A DNA stretch of 64,000 nucleotides from Octopus vulgaris (GCA_951406725.2 OX597818.1:18290001-18354000), one strand, 5' to 3'; positions 12,040 through 25,170 are shown, numbered from the stretch's first letter. The notes: generated by a model not told the origin, from the sequence alone. Numbers and translations are program-made.

Positions 12040-13700
12040 TTTCCTCTAATAATAATATATATAAATATATACATACCATAGCAATCTGGAGTTGAGTAAG
12101 TGAGAAAAAACATAACAAAGTCGAACATAATGAGACCGGTGGATCGTAAGATAGTGGTGAAAGATATAAATAAAAATAGCAAGCAAACGAAAACACAGTC
12201 AACCCAATATTGTTGTTTGGGACCGCAAAATATAAACATTTTCTGTTTCAGAAGTCAGTGACCATTTGATCAAAGAAATACCATGGAAAAAAGACACCTA
12301 TGGAGTAGTGGTAAAGTGTATTCAAATCCAATACCCAAATATACTTTCGGTTTTATACGATTTACATTCGTTGCGGATCCTCTATTGAAGAAGTTTTTGA
12401 GTGGCGCTTTATTTACTATTCTCAAAGAAACCCTTGAAATATTTTGCTTAGAAGAATATTTGTTTAGATCAATGTTACACGATCTAACTCGTGAATGAAA
12501 AATTTCATTCAGATTTTTCCTGTTATCTGTCGTATCTTTAATACTTGGGCGCACTTTCAAGTTAACACGACAGACCTCGTGAAAACATATAAAATATATA
12601 CATTAATTGTCATATAGGTGCCCAGACAAGTTGTGGACATATTGGATCTGCTCTGCTTATCCAAGTGGATTACATTATTAAACCAAAAAATCATTGAATA
12701 CTTTCTGTCATAGCCATGATATGGAGAGGATAAAGAGATCATCATACTGACAGCTATTTTTCTAATGTGTGATCACAAAGAATGAATATAAGATTGTTGT
12801 CTATCCAAGTGACTATTCACAATGCAGACTATTGATGAACCTACGGCTAATCGGCTCTTTTTTTCACCTAATAGTGGACGAAAATCCATAGATAGTGATT
12901 TATACAGCGATGGAAATGAACGATGTAATGGTACCGGACAGTATTGAAATCCTGAATACCTGCCTGAATAAAATCTGCAGCCAATTTTATTCACTCAAGA
13001 GTATTTCAATGATCTTGGTAGAGACTCCTTCCTGTCTAAAGAGGAGGCCGAGCTTATCACCTCACAATTCAAAGAAGGCAATTTACTTGGCTAAAATGCT
13101 TGAATGAAGCGCTGTTGAAAACGATATTTTAATTTGACAACGAGCTTTGTAGTAGATGGTCCACTTTGCTGTTGCAATGATTTCAGAATTGTCGTTGACT
13201 CATGTAATATATGAATGACGCATCATCATTGATTATTACGATGCAGCTTCAAAGTAGTTCAAAGCAGCATAATGGAAATATAGAACCATGCATCAAGTAC
13301 CCAGTCATTCCTCCTAAATGAAATGTATAATAACATAGATATATTACTTGATATCATTCAATACTGTGTTCATTAATGGTTATCTGTGGAAATGCCAAAG
13401 CTATTGGAATTTTAATGGATATGCACGCAGGATTTATAAAGTATCATCTTTTTTTCTGCGTATCGCGCAGTCGTGCTATTATGGACTACTTCAATAAACG
13501 TGACTGGCCAATAAGGTCAACGTATTCTAAGGTCAACGTATCCTAAGATCCATGTACCTTAAGTTCAACGTGTCTTCCAGGAATTAGAAAAGTCCAAGCT
13601 ATCTCTTTAAGGAATACCAAGAAAATATTTCTACCACCTCTCCTTACTAAATTTGAACCTAAATTTGGATTAAAGAAAATCGTTGTTAAAAAGAATAAGT
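12040..13700 (-). mobile_element. Decayed Penelope-like element (RT-thumb-GIY-YIG)
   Basis: TIYYKA (DIYYKP-like) near 13150 and NNVIHL (GIY-YIG start) near 12680; heavily frameshifted. Confidence 0.5.
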
Positions 13701-14149
13701 AAGGGTAATTAAAGAGAATTTCAGTACCTTTCCAGAAAATGTCTAAATGTGAATGTAATAAAGTTAAAGAAAGGAACTTTTCTTAAGAAATAAATAAGGA
13801 AGGTTTAAAAGATAATGAAGTTGAAAACTCACCTCGATCCTCTAAAATTAAAAGCATGGCAAACATTTGAATAGTAATGTGAAAACTTCCAGGGTGGGGG
13901 GAATTAGTATTCTGCATAGTGAGGTTGAATTGAGGCCTCCTTGGTGCAGCCATTAAGCTTTCCACCCTCCCCTCCCCCCTATACAGGCTTATATAACAGA
14001 ACCAAAATATGCTGTACCCATCTGGGGCCTATTGCCTCCCCACCTCCTCCAAACTATGTCTGCATAGGCCTTTATGCCCGTAACATAATGTTCTGTCGAA
14101 TGTCGTTAAAAATACATTTCCAATATTTTTGTCTAAATACTTCTTTACC

Positions 14150-14475
14150 AAAATTGGTAGATGGAAACTGAAAGAAGCCCTTCGTATACGCGTGTGCACA
14201 CAGATATAAATAGATATGCCTTTATGTATGTATGCATATATGTATGTATCATTGTGTGCGTGTATTTTTGTCTGTGTTTGTTTCCCTCCACCGCCTGATA
14301 ATCTGTGTTGGAGTGTTTACGTTCCCGTGACTTAGAGGTTTGACCAAAAGAGACCGATAGAATAAGTACCAGACTTTAAAAAATGGTGAATACCAGAGTC
14401 GATTTGTTTGACTAAAATTCTTCGAGGTGTTGCCCCAACATAGACTCAGCCTAATGGCGGAAACAAGTAAGAGAA
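14150..14475 (+). mobile_element. 5'-truncated CORE-type SINE
   Basis: TTGGTAGATGGAAACTGAAAGAAGCCC...AAAAGAGACCGATAGAATAAGTACC...AAACAAGTAAGAG matches 5969-6406. Confidence 0.75.
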
Positions 14476-14477
14476 AT

Positions 14478-15063
14478 TCTTTTCTACTCTAAGCAGAAGG
14501 CCCGAAATTTTTCGAGAGAGCGCCAGTCGATTAGATAGAAATCAGTACGCAACTGGTACTTAATTTATCGACTCTTAAAGGTAAAGTCGACCTCGGCGGA
14601 ATTTGAACTCAGAACGTAAAGACAGACGAAATACCTATTTCTTTACTACCCACAAGGGGCTAAACACAGAGGGGATAAACAAGGATAAACAAACGGATTA
14701 AGTCGATTATATCGACCCCAGTGCGTAACTGGTACTTATCTAATCGACCCCGAAAGGATGAAAGGCAAAGTCGACCTCGGCGGAATTTGAACTCAGAACG
14801 TAGCGGCAGACGAAATACCTATTTCTATTTCTTTACTATTTTACTACCCACAAGGGGTTAAACACAGAGGGACAAACAAGGACAGACAAACGGATTAAGT
14901 CGATTACATCGACCCCAGTGCATAACTGGTACTGAATTTATTGACCCCGAAAGGTTGAAAGGCAAAGTCGACCTCGGCGGAATTTGAACTCAGAACGTAA
15001 CGGCAGACGAAACACGGCTACACATTTCGCTCGGCGTGCTAACGTTTCTGCCAGCTCCAGCCT
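14478..15063 (-). mobile_element. Trimeric (nested) Meta-domain SINE
   Basis: Three copies of AAAGTCGACCTCGGCGGAATTTGAACTCAGAACGTA spaced about 185-200 bp apart, with only one head, at about 15063. Confidence 0.85.
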
Positions 15064-15389
15064 ACGTTATATTAAATACGAAATTAACAGTTTTGGGGCA
15101 AGTATTTGGGAAAGCATGGACGTTATCCAATTGTATTACTCCCAAATATTCTGCAATAAGTGTTGGGTAAGGGGCACCATTCAACCAAAATAGTAATGCA
15201 ATGTAAACGCAATAATTGCGAGTTCGATTTGAAGGTATGATGGCCGACTATTCGTTGGATGCTATGTCGTGACGACCCTGACCAAGTTTATATAAGAAAG
15301 TCATTTTCACAGCTCTTAGATATTTAAAGTTAGTTGTCTATGCATTAATTAAATGAATGCTATGTGTTTCTGTTCAAACAGTAAACTAA

Positions 15390-15407
15390 TCTATTATATA
15401 AAATCCG

Positions 15408-15474
<67 letters not shown>

Positions 15475-16298
15475 CTAGGATCTCGGGCCTCCTCCATCCG
15501 ATTGCGCTCAAATTTGATATGTAGATACCGACGGTATCAGGGCAAGTATAAGTCTTGAAAAAAATTACAAAAATCGATTCCAGGTGAGAATGCGATCGAT
15601 AAAGCCGTGGGAACGTGCATTTGTACGCGCAAGTACATCAGCTGTTGCGATCGATACTATGCGTACGCGATGGAAAATGTACGTGCAGTTTACGCAAAAA
15701 AGCCGGCTGGCTTGAAATAATGCCACGATATGGGACGATCGGACAAGTTGTTTTGAGAAAATTTGGTTTAAATGTTTGACAACTCAGCACCGTCCATTGG
15801 ACGGGGAGGGGGCGTTTTGCTCGTCTTAATATACAAAAGAAAATGTATGTATATTCCGAATCGTAGGCCAAAGTGCTGTTTCAAGTCGCTAAAATTTTGC
15901 GTAGTGGCGCATCTATTCAGAAAGGCCATATACTATGTCTTTTCTGAAGTTCGTTCATTTTAACACCAGGCAAGAAAAACAAAAACAAAAACCAAAAGAA
16001 TGAAAAAAATAAGCAAAAGGAAAGTTGTATATCAACAAGCACTGCAAAAGAAAGTTGTAAAAATTTACTGATCCTAAAATTAATTTATTTAAAGTGATTA
16101 TGTTGATTAATACTATGTGTTGAAAAAAGAGCTTTCTGAGGAAAAATAAATAAAATAAAGAAACTTTAATTTTATTTCGGATTCTATATTAGTTTATTTA
16201 TTTTTGAGCACTTTTATAAAGCAGAAGCTCAATAATTTGAGTAGCTTGGGTACCACTTTGAGTGAATCAACATTCATGGATTGAAGGTTGTCAGCTAG
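15390..16298 (+). mobile_element. Non-autonomous Helitron/HINE-like element (3' boundary uncertain)
   Basis: A|TCTATTATATAAAA start, then (TG)n and CCGATTGCGCTCAAATTTG; a CTAG at 16295-16298 but no clear terminal hairpin. Confidence 0.45.
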
Positions 16299-16354
16299 CT
16301 TTGGAGTAATTTATCTAAAAGCTGTGAATATGCTTATATTAAATACGATTATGT

Positions 16355-16510
16355 GGAGGCGCGTGGCTTAGTGGTTAGGGTGTCAGCATCATGATTGTAA
16401 GATTGTGGTTTCGATTCCTGGACCTGGCGACGCGTTGTGGTCTTGAGCAAAACACTTCATTTCACGTTGCTCCAGTTCACTCAGCTGGCAAAACGAGTAA
16501 CACTGCGATA
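16355..16510 (+). mobile_element. tRNA-head/CORE SINE 5' part
   Basis: GGAGGCGCGTGGCTTAGTGGTTAGGG...TTCGATTCC...CTTGAGCAAAACACTTCATTTCACG. Confidence 0.75.
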
Positions 16511-16524
16511 GATTGGTGTCCCGT

Positions 16525-16650
16525 CGTTGATCACGAAAGGATGAACGGCAAAGTCGATCTCGACGGAATTTGAACTGAGAACGTAAGGACGGACGAAATG
16601 CTGAGCATTTTGCCCGGTGTGTTAACGATTCTGCCAGCTCCACACCCTAA
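16525..16650 (-). mobile_element. Meta-domain SINE 5' part
   Basis: GAAAGGATGAACGGCAAAGTCGATCTCGACGGAATTTGAAC...TTCTGCCAGCTC. Confidence 0.7.
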
Positions 16651-16673
16651 ATCTGAATAAAAAATAAAATAAA

Positions 16674-16910
16674 CGCGCCCTTTGAAAGCCTACCCAGGCT
16701 CATGGGCCCTGTTTCCAGGTTTCCATGGCGGATGTGTTCCCCAGCTGGACGGGACGCCCGTCTATCGCAGCTTTACTAATTTTTGCCAACCGAGTGGACT
16801 GGAGCAACGTGAAATGAAGTGCTTTGCTCAAGAACACAACACATTGCCCGGTCCAGGAATCGAAACCACAACCTTTCGATCACCCTATCCACTAAGCCAC
16901 ACGCCTCCAC
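16674..16910 (-). mobile_element. tRNA-head/CORE SINE
   Basis: Reverse complement of the head at 16355, with its own 3' tail. Confidence 0.75.
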
Positions 16911-17039
16911 CCCAAACCTGAATATTTATAGTAATACCAGTTATTGACTAATATTGTTTTTCTTTACATCATAATTATTTTTAGTTAGCTTTATAATGTT
17001 CACTGCATTCAAATATACAAATATGAACTACGGATATGC

Positions 17040-17390
17040 TCGAACATCGCCTGGAAGGGTCTTAGTCGAACGAATAGACTCCAGTACATATTTTTTATCT
17101 GAAGTCTTGTACTTATTCTATCGTTTTCTTATGGGAAGCCGCTAATATACGGGAACGTAAAGACACCATCACCGGTTATGAAGCGGTAAGAGGAGGTAAA
17201 CACAGAGACAAAGACACTCATACGCATGTAGGACGGGTTTCCACACAGTGTTTCGTCTGCCAAATTTACTCGCAATGCATTGGTCGGTCCGGAGCTACAG
17301 TAGAAGATACTTACCCAAGGTGCCACGCGGTGGTTCTGAACCCGAAACCAGACGGTTGCAAAGCGAGCTTCTTAACCACGCCCGCACCTA
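17040..17390 (-). mobile_element. Diverged CORE-type SINE
   Basis: Reverse-complement similarity to 5969-6406 along its length. Confidence 0.75.
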
Positions 17391-17783
17391 TATTCCAAAA
17401 TAACTTATCTATTATATCTCTATCTATATCGAGTCAACTGTTTATTTCAATTCATCGAGCTTTCAACAATGGCTGTATTTGTCTGTCTCGATGAATCGAT
17501 CCGAGTTCACCCTGACACAAATAGCATTTCTTTTAGTTAATTGTTTCCTATCACTAATATGTCTCTGCAGTAAGTTTTATTATTGATTGCTATTGACAAC
17601 AAAACTGACATATAAAGCTATTCTTCTGTAGAAGTACAAGGATTCATAAAACCGGTTGTTATCTTTGGTTAAATGTAAATATGAGTTGACAAGAAATATG
17701 CTTTCTCCGTGTGTAAGATGCTGGTCGTTTTCGCGGATAACTTTGACCGCGTGAAATACTGAACTCGGTACTTGAAACCAACG

Positions 17784-18009
17784 GCGAGATGGCAGAAACG
17801 CTAGCACGCCGGGCGAAATGCTTAGCCGTATTTCGTCTGCGTTACGTTGTGAGTTCAAATTCCGCCGAGGTCGATTTTGCCTTTCATCCTTTCAGGGTAG
17901 ATATATTAAGTACCAGTTACGCACTGGGGTCGATGTAATCGACTTAATACCTATGTCTGTCCTTGTTTGTCCCCTCTGTGTTTAGCCCCTTGTGGGTAAT
18001 AAAGAAATA
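17784..18009 (+). mobile_element. Meta-domain SINE with 17-bp TSD
   Basis: GGTACTTGAAACCAACG is duplicated at 17767-17783 and 18010-18026. Confidence 0.9.
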
Positions 18010-18154
18010 GGTACTTGAAACCAACGAAATTTTACAGCGATGAAATATACATTAGTCTGGTTGAGACGTCCGTTCAGGACAAATTATGTTCACGGATGTG
18101 TGTTTGGTGGGGGTGATTACCTGGGAGATAATATCTGCAAGAAACATAATGATT

Positions 18155-18373
18155 TCAGATTTTGGCACAAGGCAAGCAATTTCGGGAGAGCGGGTAAGTC
18201 AATTACGTCGATACGAAGAACTCAATTGGTACTTATTTTATCGGATTCGGAGGGATGAAAGGCAAAGTCGACCTTGGAGGAATTTGAACATTTGAACTTA
18301 GAACGTAAAGACGGACGAAATGCAGCTAAGCATCTAGCCTGTCGAGCTAACGATTCTGCCAGCTCGTCTCCTT
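18155..18373 (-). mobile_element. Meta-domain SINE
   Basis: GATGAAAGGCAAAGTCGACC...GATTCTGCCAGCTCG. Confidence 0.75.
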
Positions 18374-18564
18374 ATGTACATGAAGCATAATAGATGAGAG
18401 AATGTTAACAAATTTCAATCAGGTAAAATTATCTTCGCAATGAGGAGACGGAAACATCAGCTCAATGACTGACGTTTATCAAATCTAGTCAAAGCAAAAG
18501 GGTGACAACTCGGGAATGTTAATTAAATTTTGAATTATTAATGCAGCGAGGTGAAAGACAACAT

Positions 18565-18860
18565 TAACTCTTGGTAACCCTTCGTGTTCGACAAAAACGA
18601 TTCTGCCATTTCTAGCTGAACGCTATTGCTGAATAACCTGCACAGATAAATTGTTTATAGTGATGAAATATTTGTGTTGTACATTAGTGTATTCCCTTCC
18701 TCAAATCGTTATTGCCTGTACAGGCGCACGGTGTGCTCCATGTCCAGTATAAAAGTGATCATAAAGCGACGTGAAGTGAAGTGTTTTGCTCAAGAGCGCA
18801 ACGCACCGACTAGTCTTGGAATCGAACCTATGAGGCGACACACCCTCACAACTTGAGGAC
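18565..18860 (-). mobile_element. Ceph-domain-like SINE
   Basis: ACCTGCACAGATAAATTGTTTATAGTGAT plus CORE-like head; related to 55645-55815. Confidence 0.6.
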
Positions 18861-19219
18861 TTGCATGTACTTTATATCTGGCGGTTCTCTTAACTGGTAT
18901 CTATCTAATCTGTCTCGAGTCATCTATTTTACTGTTTCATATATGTCTCAAAATGCACTTTCCTGCGTGGAGAGCCTAATTATTCAATTTTTTGTATGTT
19001 ATAGAGATAAATCCTGATTGCCAGGATTATTTCTGCTTTACTTTTCAAATCTTTACACTTGGATAGATTCACCATTTCTTTTAGAGAATCATTATTCTCT
19101 ATTGAGAGGGACAAGTGATCATGAGATATTACCCTTACTGTTCATTCGTAACATGAATGTCCAGATTTGAACTTAATCTCACCGTTTGGTGGGATCCGGA
19201 AAAGTTTTTATAATTCTTT

Positions 19220-19575
19220 TATTATTTTGCTGCTATGCTAGAGAATCTCTTTGAAGAATTTAATTCTTTAGATCGATCCTAGTATTTATTGCATGTCTGG
19301 TATGTAGACTATTGGTCTCTATTGGCTGGACTGTTGAACCGCTGAAAGAAACCAATAAACACAAACAAACCAACACTGGTTGTGAGAGAGACAAAGAAAA
19401 ACTCGCGCACTCATATACGACAGGCATTCTAACAGAATCTGTCTATCAAATTAAGTCACAAAGCATTGGTCGACGCGGGGCTATATTAGAAGACACTTGC
19501 CCAAGGTAGCATAGAGTGGGACTGAACCTTGTAACACGTGGTGCGAAGAAAGCTTTTTAACCACCCAGGTATGCA
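19220..19575 (-). mobile_element. Old CORE-type SINE
   Basis: GAAGACACTTGCCCAAGG...GGGACTGAAC. Confidence 0.65.
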
Positions 19576-19982
19576 CATTCACTTTTTAATTCCCAAACGC
19601 TTTTGCATATTTATACCAGTTAATTTCAATCGGTATTTCATAATAGTGGTTTAATCTTCGCTGTTTAGAAAGTTCTAATGCTATCACGTCTGTTGGTACA
19701 GTCATATGGTTTACAGCAAAAACCCAAGCATAATGTTACAACTTTTTCCTGTATTCTTCTGTATTAGACACCAATGTGATTTCTCGGTTTCGGATCGCTG
19801 ATATGTGTCATCTTAGTTACTGAGTTTAAACCTTCTAATTTTTACTATTAAGATTTTGATGTCCCTATTGTGTATTGATTAGCTTCAGCTTCATGGTTCA
19901 CAATGGACGCGGCATTCGAATTCCGCAGGCTATGTTAAAACTTTTTGGCGTCTTAATTTATGAGATGTATATTATATTATGT

Positions 19983-20270
19983 GGAGGCGCAATGGCCCAG
20001 TGGTTAGGGCAGCGGACTCGCGGTTTCGATTCCCAGACCAGGCGTAGTGAGTGTTTATTGAGCGAAAACACCTAAAGCTCCACGAGGCTCCGGCAGGGGA
20101 TAGTGGCGATCTCTGCTGTACTCTTTCGCTACAACTTTCTCTCACTCTTTCTTCTGTTGGCCTGCTCGCTTAGCCAGCGGGGTGGCGTCATTTGAAGGCT
20201 AAAACAATGCGAAGCACATTGTGACCAGCGATGTGTAGCAACATCTGATAGCCTGGTCGATCACAGTGAT
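19983..20270 (+). mobile_element. tRNA-derived SINE
   Basis: Head GGAGGCGCAATGGCCCAGTGGTTAGGGC; 3' part matches 56050-56165 (minus). Confidence 0.75.
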
Positions 20271-20540
20271 ATTATATTATACTTCATTTGAGAATAAGTA
20301 GCTACAGCCAATGTGGTTAATTGTTTCTTGCCAGTCTCTAAATATTCTGTTGTTACATTCAGTATTCTGCTTCACTTGCTGGTGCGCAATATGGTCCCAA
20401 CTATGAGCCCAGCGCTCGCTCGTAGATGCTGACGTTTTTCTATTTTGTTTCCCCCTGTGTACAGTCTTTCGAGCTATTAACCAAGTAGATTTCTTTGCCA
20501 CTGTCTTAACAGGGTATATCGTTAATATTAAGATTATCAT

Positions 20541-20920
20541 AAGGCGGCGAGATGGCAAAAACGTTAGCTTAGCGGTATTTCGAAAGTGCTTAGCGGTATT
20601 TCGTCTGCCGCTTCGTTCTGAGTTCAAATTCCGTCGAGGTCGACTTTACCTTTCATCCTTTCGGGGTCGATTAAATAAGTACCAGTTACGCACTTCGGGT
20701 CGATGTAATCGACTTAATCCGTTTGTCTGTCCTTGTTTGTCCTCTCTGTGTTTAGCCCCTTGTGGGTAGTAAAGAAATAGGTATTTCGTCTGTCTTTATG
20801 TTCTGAGTTCAAATTCCACGGCGATCGACCATGACTTATATCCTTTTGGAATCGATAAGTTTAGTACCAGTGGAGTACTGGGGTCCATCTAATCAGCTTA
20901 TTACTGATGCCTCCCTTTCT
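20541..20920 (+). mobile_element. Meta-domain SINE with a second copy nested in its head
   Basis: GGTATTTCG duplicated at 20574-20582 and 20780-20788 around the inner copy. Confidence 0.8.
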
Positions 20921-22117
20921 CCAGCCAGTTGTTACATCCTCGGTGTTCTGCTGAATGAAGAGGTGGAAAGACCGAAAGGATATCTTTGCTTTCGATTGCA
21001 GACGAACCTCAAACAGTTAATAAGAGCCGGGTAAAAGCTACTGGGTCACACTAGCTTGTGAATGACGGCTATGAGGTTGATGAAACAAATATCAACCAAA
21101 TAAATAGTAATGTCATCGATTATAACCTTTCTGGAAATGTGTCGGCTTTTGTCTATATGTTAGGAATCATTATTATATCTTATTTCTATTCATTATTGCT
21201 TAGAAAGTAAAGATAAAATTGGTTTGTATACAAAATACTGCCTGGTCATTGAGTGTAATAGCGTGGAGCTTAAAAATAGCCCTCGAGACAAAACAACAGC
21301 AACAACAACAACAACAACAACAACAACGGCAACAACAATATCAACTACAATTATTACTAATATCAGAGAAAAAACAAATAAACAATAATATAGTGAAATT
21401 TAAATCACAAAACGAAACAAGACCAACAACAACAATAACATCAACACTATAGCACATATTACAGCAAAAACAAAGTAGCAACGTGATCAGTTGCAGAATG
21501 CTCAATTAGAGGAGAAATAAATGAGAAAAAGAAAAGAAAGCAGAACATGAAATTTTATTAATACATTTCAATATAAATTTTATCATGTAAACAAATAGCA
21601 CCTAATTAAAGAAAGTGAATAAGTGAATCACATACATACATACATGCATACATACATACATACATACATACATACATACATACATACATGTGTATTTGTA
21701 TGTGTGTATGTATCTGTATATATATTTGTATGTATACATAAGTAATTATAGTAGATACACTCGTACTTGTATATGCTTATGCGCACACATACACGTACAA
21801 GTATAGTGTGTATATAATTATTTAGCACGCCAGTGAAGTATGGTATCTATCTATCAATTAATCTGTCTATTTGTCTACATATGTATTTATCGACCTATCT
21901 ATCTATGTACACACACCTATATGTGTATATGTATGTATGAGTGCGTAAGTGCCACGTGCGTGCGTGCAATGAAGCACAAGTTATGAGCATGCGCTTGGGG
22001 AACATACTGCGACATTATAATTTTAAGTCTAAACTCTCTCTTGGTGAAGAAGTCAGTTGCCATATATATATATGTGTGGCCACTGATAATGGATATTTTG
22101 CTATCTGACTTGGTATC

Positions 22118-22259
22118 GACGGGCATGGTTGTGCGGTAAGAAGATTGCTTCTCAACCATACAGTTCTGAGTTCAGTCAGGGCAAGTGTCTTTCAATATAG
22201 ACGCGGGCCGAACAAAGCCTTGTGAGTGAATTTGGTAAACGGAAATTGAGAGAAGCCCG

Positions 22260-22304
<45 letters not shown>

Positions 22305-22466
22305 CGCAAGAGTGGCTGTGTGGTAAGTAGCTTGTTTACCAACCACATGGTTCCGCGTTCAGTCCCACTGCGTGGCACCTTGGGTAAGTGTCTTCTACAA
22401 TAGCCTCGGGCCGACCAAAGCCTTGTGAGTGGATTTGGTAGACGGAAACTGAAAGAAGCCCGTCGT
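22118..22466 (+). mobile_element. Two tandem CORE-SINE 5' halves separated by (TA)n
   Basis: Heads at about 22118-22262 and 22302-22466, each ending AGAAGCCCGTC before (TA)n. Confidence 0.75.
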
Positions 22467-22467
22467 A

Positions 22468-22528
<61 letters not shown>

Positions 22529-22564
22529 TAGCTGAAGGTGACCCGCTCTACGCGCGGGTAAGAG

Positions 22565-22893
22565 TGTGGTTGTTACTTTCTGTTGCTTCCTTTCAGCACC
22601 ATCCGAACGTGGCCGATTGCAGCGACGCCTTGACTGGCTTCTGTGCCGGTGGCACGTAAAAAGCACCAACCGATCGTTGCCGCTGCGAGCCCCCCTGGCA
22701 CCTGTGCCGGCGGCACGAAAAAAGCACCCACTACACTCACAGAGTGGTTGGCGTTAGGAAGGGCATCCACCTGTAGAAACACTGCCAGATCAGACTGGAG
22801 CCCTGTGCCGCCTCCTGGCTTCCTAGACCCCGGTCAAACTGTCCAACCCGTGCTAGCACGGAAAACGGACGTTAAACGATGATGATGATGATG
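22565..22893 (+). mobile_element. SINE 3' half with RTE-like (GAT)n tail
   Basis: GTGGTTGGCGTTAGGAAGGGCATCC...GGACGTTAAACGATGATGATG. Confidence 0.65.
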
Positions 22894-23637
22894 ATTCTCC
22901 CTCTTTGTTTCTCTCTCTTTTCTCTCTCACTTTCCCACTCTCTTACTTTTCTTTTCTCTCGGACTCTCTATCTTTATCTATCTCTCTGCCATTTATAAAC
23001 AACAAAAGATCTTGAGTAAGTTGAGAAATAAAATATTTAGAAAGATCAATCATAAATATCAGGCAGTGGCAACGGAAAGGTCTGCTTCAAGGCAGACAGC
23101 AAAACGCTAACATTTAAAAGGGACAGACGAACTTGCGAGCTGAATAAAAATAATAAAATATTGGAAACCAAATTTTGAAGGGATAGAATTTGAGGATAGT
23201 AGAGTCACCATGGCTGGCATTTCTTAACGATGGACAGCAACGTATTGACAGTTTAACGGCTGGCGTAAAATTTTGAACTTGATGTAAAAGAAAAATCGTA
23301 AACACCAAGTTTTGAAGTGATTCTTTCTCACGACAGTAGACTCACCATGGCAAGCATTCAAAACTTCTTCATCATGGACGGCAACACATTGACGATTAAA
23401 AGGCTGGCGCAAATTTTTTAGCTTGATGTAACAGAGAATTCCTAAACACTCGCTCCTTTAAATTTTAATCCCCTTCCAGACCCATTTATACCCCTTTTCA
23501 CCTTTTGGTGAATATAACCCGATTTCATTCGGGTCTACTGGGGCCACATTTTATAAGATGAGGAATTTTGTCCTAGAGGTCACGCCTTTCATTTGAGGAA
23601 AAAAATAGTTGTCATGCAATCTTGCCAGCACTTTTAA

Positions 23638-24713
23638 CCCTTTCGTTACCAAACCGCCCAAAGCCGCCCGAAAAAGATTTTGGTTAATGTGACCAAACCG
23701 CATAAGCCCGCCCGTATTTACCTATTCATACGTATTTAAATGAGAATATCAGAGCAAATCTCTTTATTACACTCGTGAAAACACGTGATTATACTCCGTA
23801 AACAGTTCATCTACAGTTTTGTACAACAATCGAAGTGTAATTTTAATTCCGTGAATTTTGGGAGATTTTTTTCCGAAATTTGTTCCTATTGTGTTTTCAA
23901 ACTTTGTAATTCTGACAAAAGATGGATACGAATTTCATCATATCAAGCAGCGAGTCAGAATTTGAAGGATTTTCTACTGAAGACCTTGATAAATCTAACT
24001 CTACGACTGAAAAAAAAAAGTACGTGGTATTTGATAATGAATCTGATGTTTCATTTTCCGAAAGTGAAAACGGTGAATCCGAGAGCTCCGACAGCGATAA
24101 AGAAAATGAATTGGCACCTGAATGGAGTGAAAATTGAAAAACTGTTTCTTTCGGTGATTTTTCTGAAGAAACTTGACCAAGCCACAGACTTTCCCAGGAG
24201 AGTAAAGCCTTAGACTATTTCTTTTTACTTTTTCGAATGAGCCTATTTGAAATCATTACGGCGGAAACGAACCGTTACGCTAAATGTAAACAAAGCGAAA
24301 GAAAGGATAGTTAGTGGTTTCCCACAACCTTAAATGAAATTAAGACTATTTTGCCATAAATATTATTATGGGTATCAGATAGTTACCCAGAATAACAAAT
24401 TCTATCGTAAAATTTTGTTTTATACCCAATTGAATATCAGCTAATAACCCATTTTCAACAAAATTTTAATAATTTTATATTTTGTTGAATTTACCTGTAT
24501 CTACCTGCAATTAGAGTCACTTTGTGACAAAAATTATAGTATAGAATTGGTTGAGAACATTTCATTCAATTATCTTCCAACAATCAGATTAATATATTGC
24601 TAAATAAAAAGTTATAGTTGTTTAATGAAACCAGACTAACCTTATGATTATGTTAGAAATTAATTGAAACACATAAGGGGTGTATTTTGGTCAGAAATAT
24701 AGTAACGAAAGGG
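23638..24713 (+). mobile_element. piggyBac internal-deletion derivative
   Basis: TTAA|CCCTTTCGTTAC...GTAACGAAAGGG|TTCA TIRs. Acidic N-terminus (23922-24137) followed by LDYFFLLF..LFEIITAETNRYA and W.PTT..EI transposase remnants. Confidence 0.88.
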
Positions 24714-24764
24714 TTCATAGGTGTGCATATTTTCAGCTGAACCGACCGACCACATAATGCACAC

Positions 24765-24822
<58 letters not shown>

Positions 24823-25114
24823 CGCATTATATATACAAATTATATATATATATGTATAAATTAGATTAGAGATAAAACCACTATTAGGCAAAAAAAACCC
24901 AAAAACAAAAACATAAAAATAAAAATATAATATAGAAAATATATAAAATTGAAAAATTTAAATTATTTAAATTTAAAATAAAAATTATTAAATTATATTT
25001 ATAATTTGTTTAAAAATATATATAACTATCAAAAAGTATTAAAAAGTTTAATATACATAAATACAGATATATACACTTTGTGTATATACATTATATATAC
25101 ATATTTATATATCG

Positions 25115-25170
<56 letters not shown>

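Larger units (their letters stand above)
22528..24775 (-). mobile_element. Non-autonomous Helitron carrying nested insertions
   Basis: Minus-strand 3' end hairpin ACCCGC(GCGTAGA)GCGGGT followed by CTAG|T at 22528. Likely 5' end (TATATAATGTGTGC...GGTCGGTCGG) near 24770. Internal two-copy repeat of about 137 bp at 23195-23450. Confidence 0.6.

Noticed and set aside
14560-15010. Regularly spaced 36-bp repeats resembling a CRISPR array
   Set aside because: The intervening sequences are also repeated SINE body, there are no cas genes, and the context is eukaryotic.
16355-16430. tRNA-like sequences with A/B boxes (also 19983, 62160-62227)
   Set aside because: They are SINE heads continuing into CORE domains, with no complete cloverleaf.
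23785-24213. 142-aa ORF
   Set aside because: It is an off-frame reading of the piggyBac remnant; the transposase-like frame is 23922-24137 and is broken.
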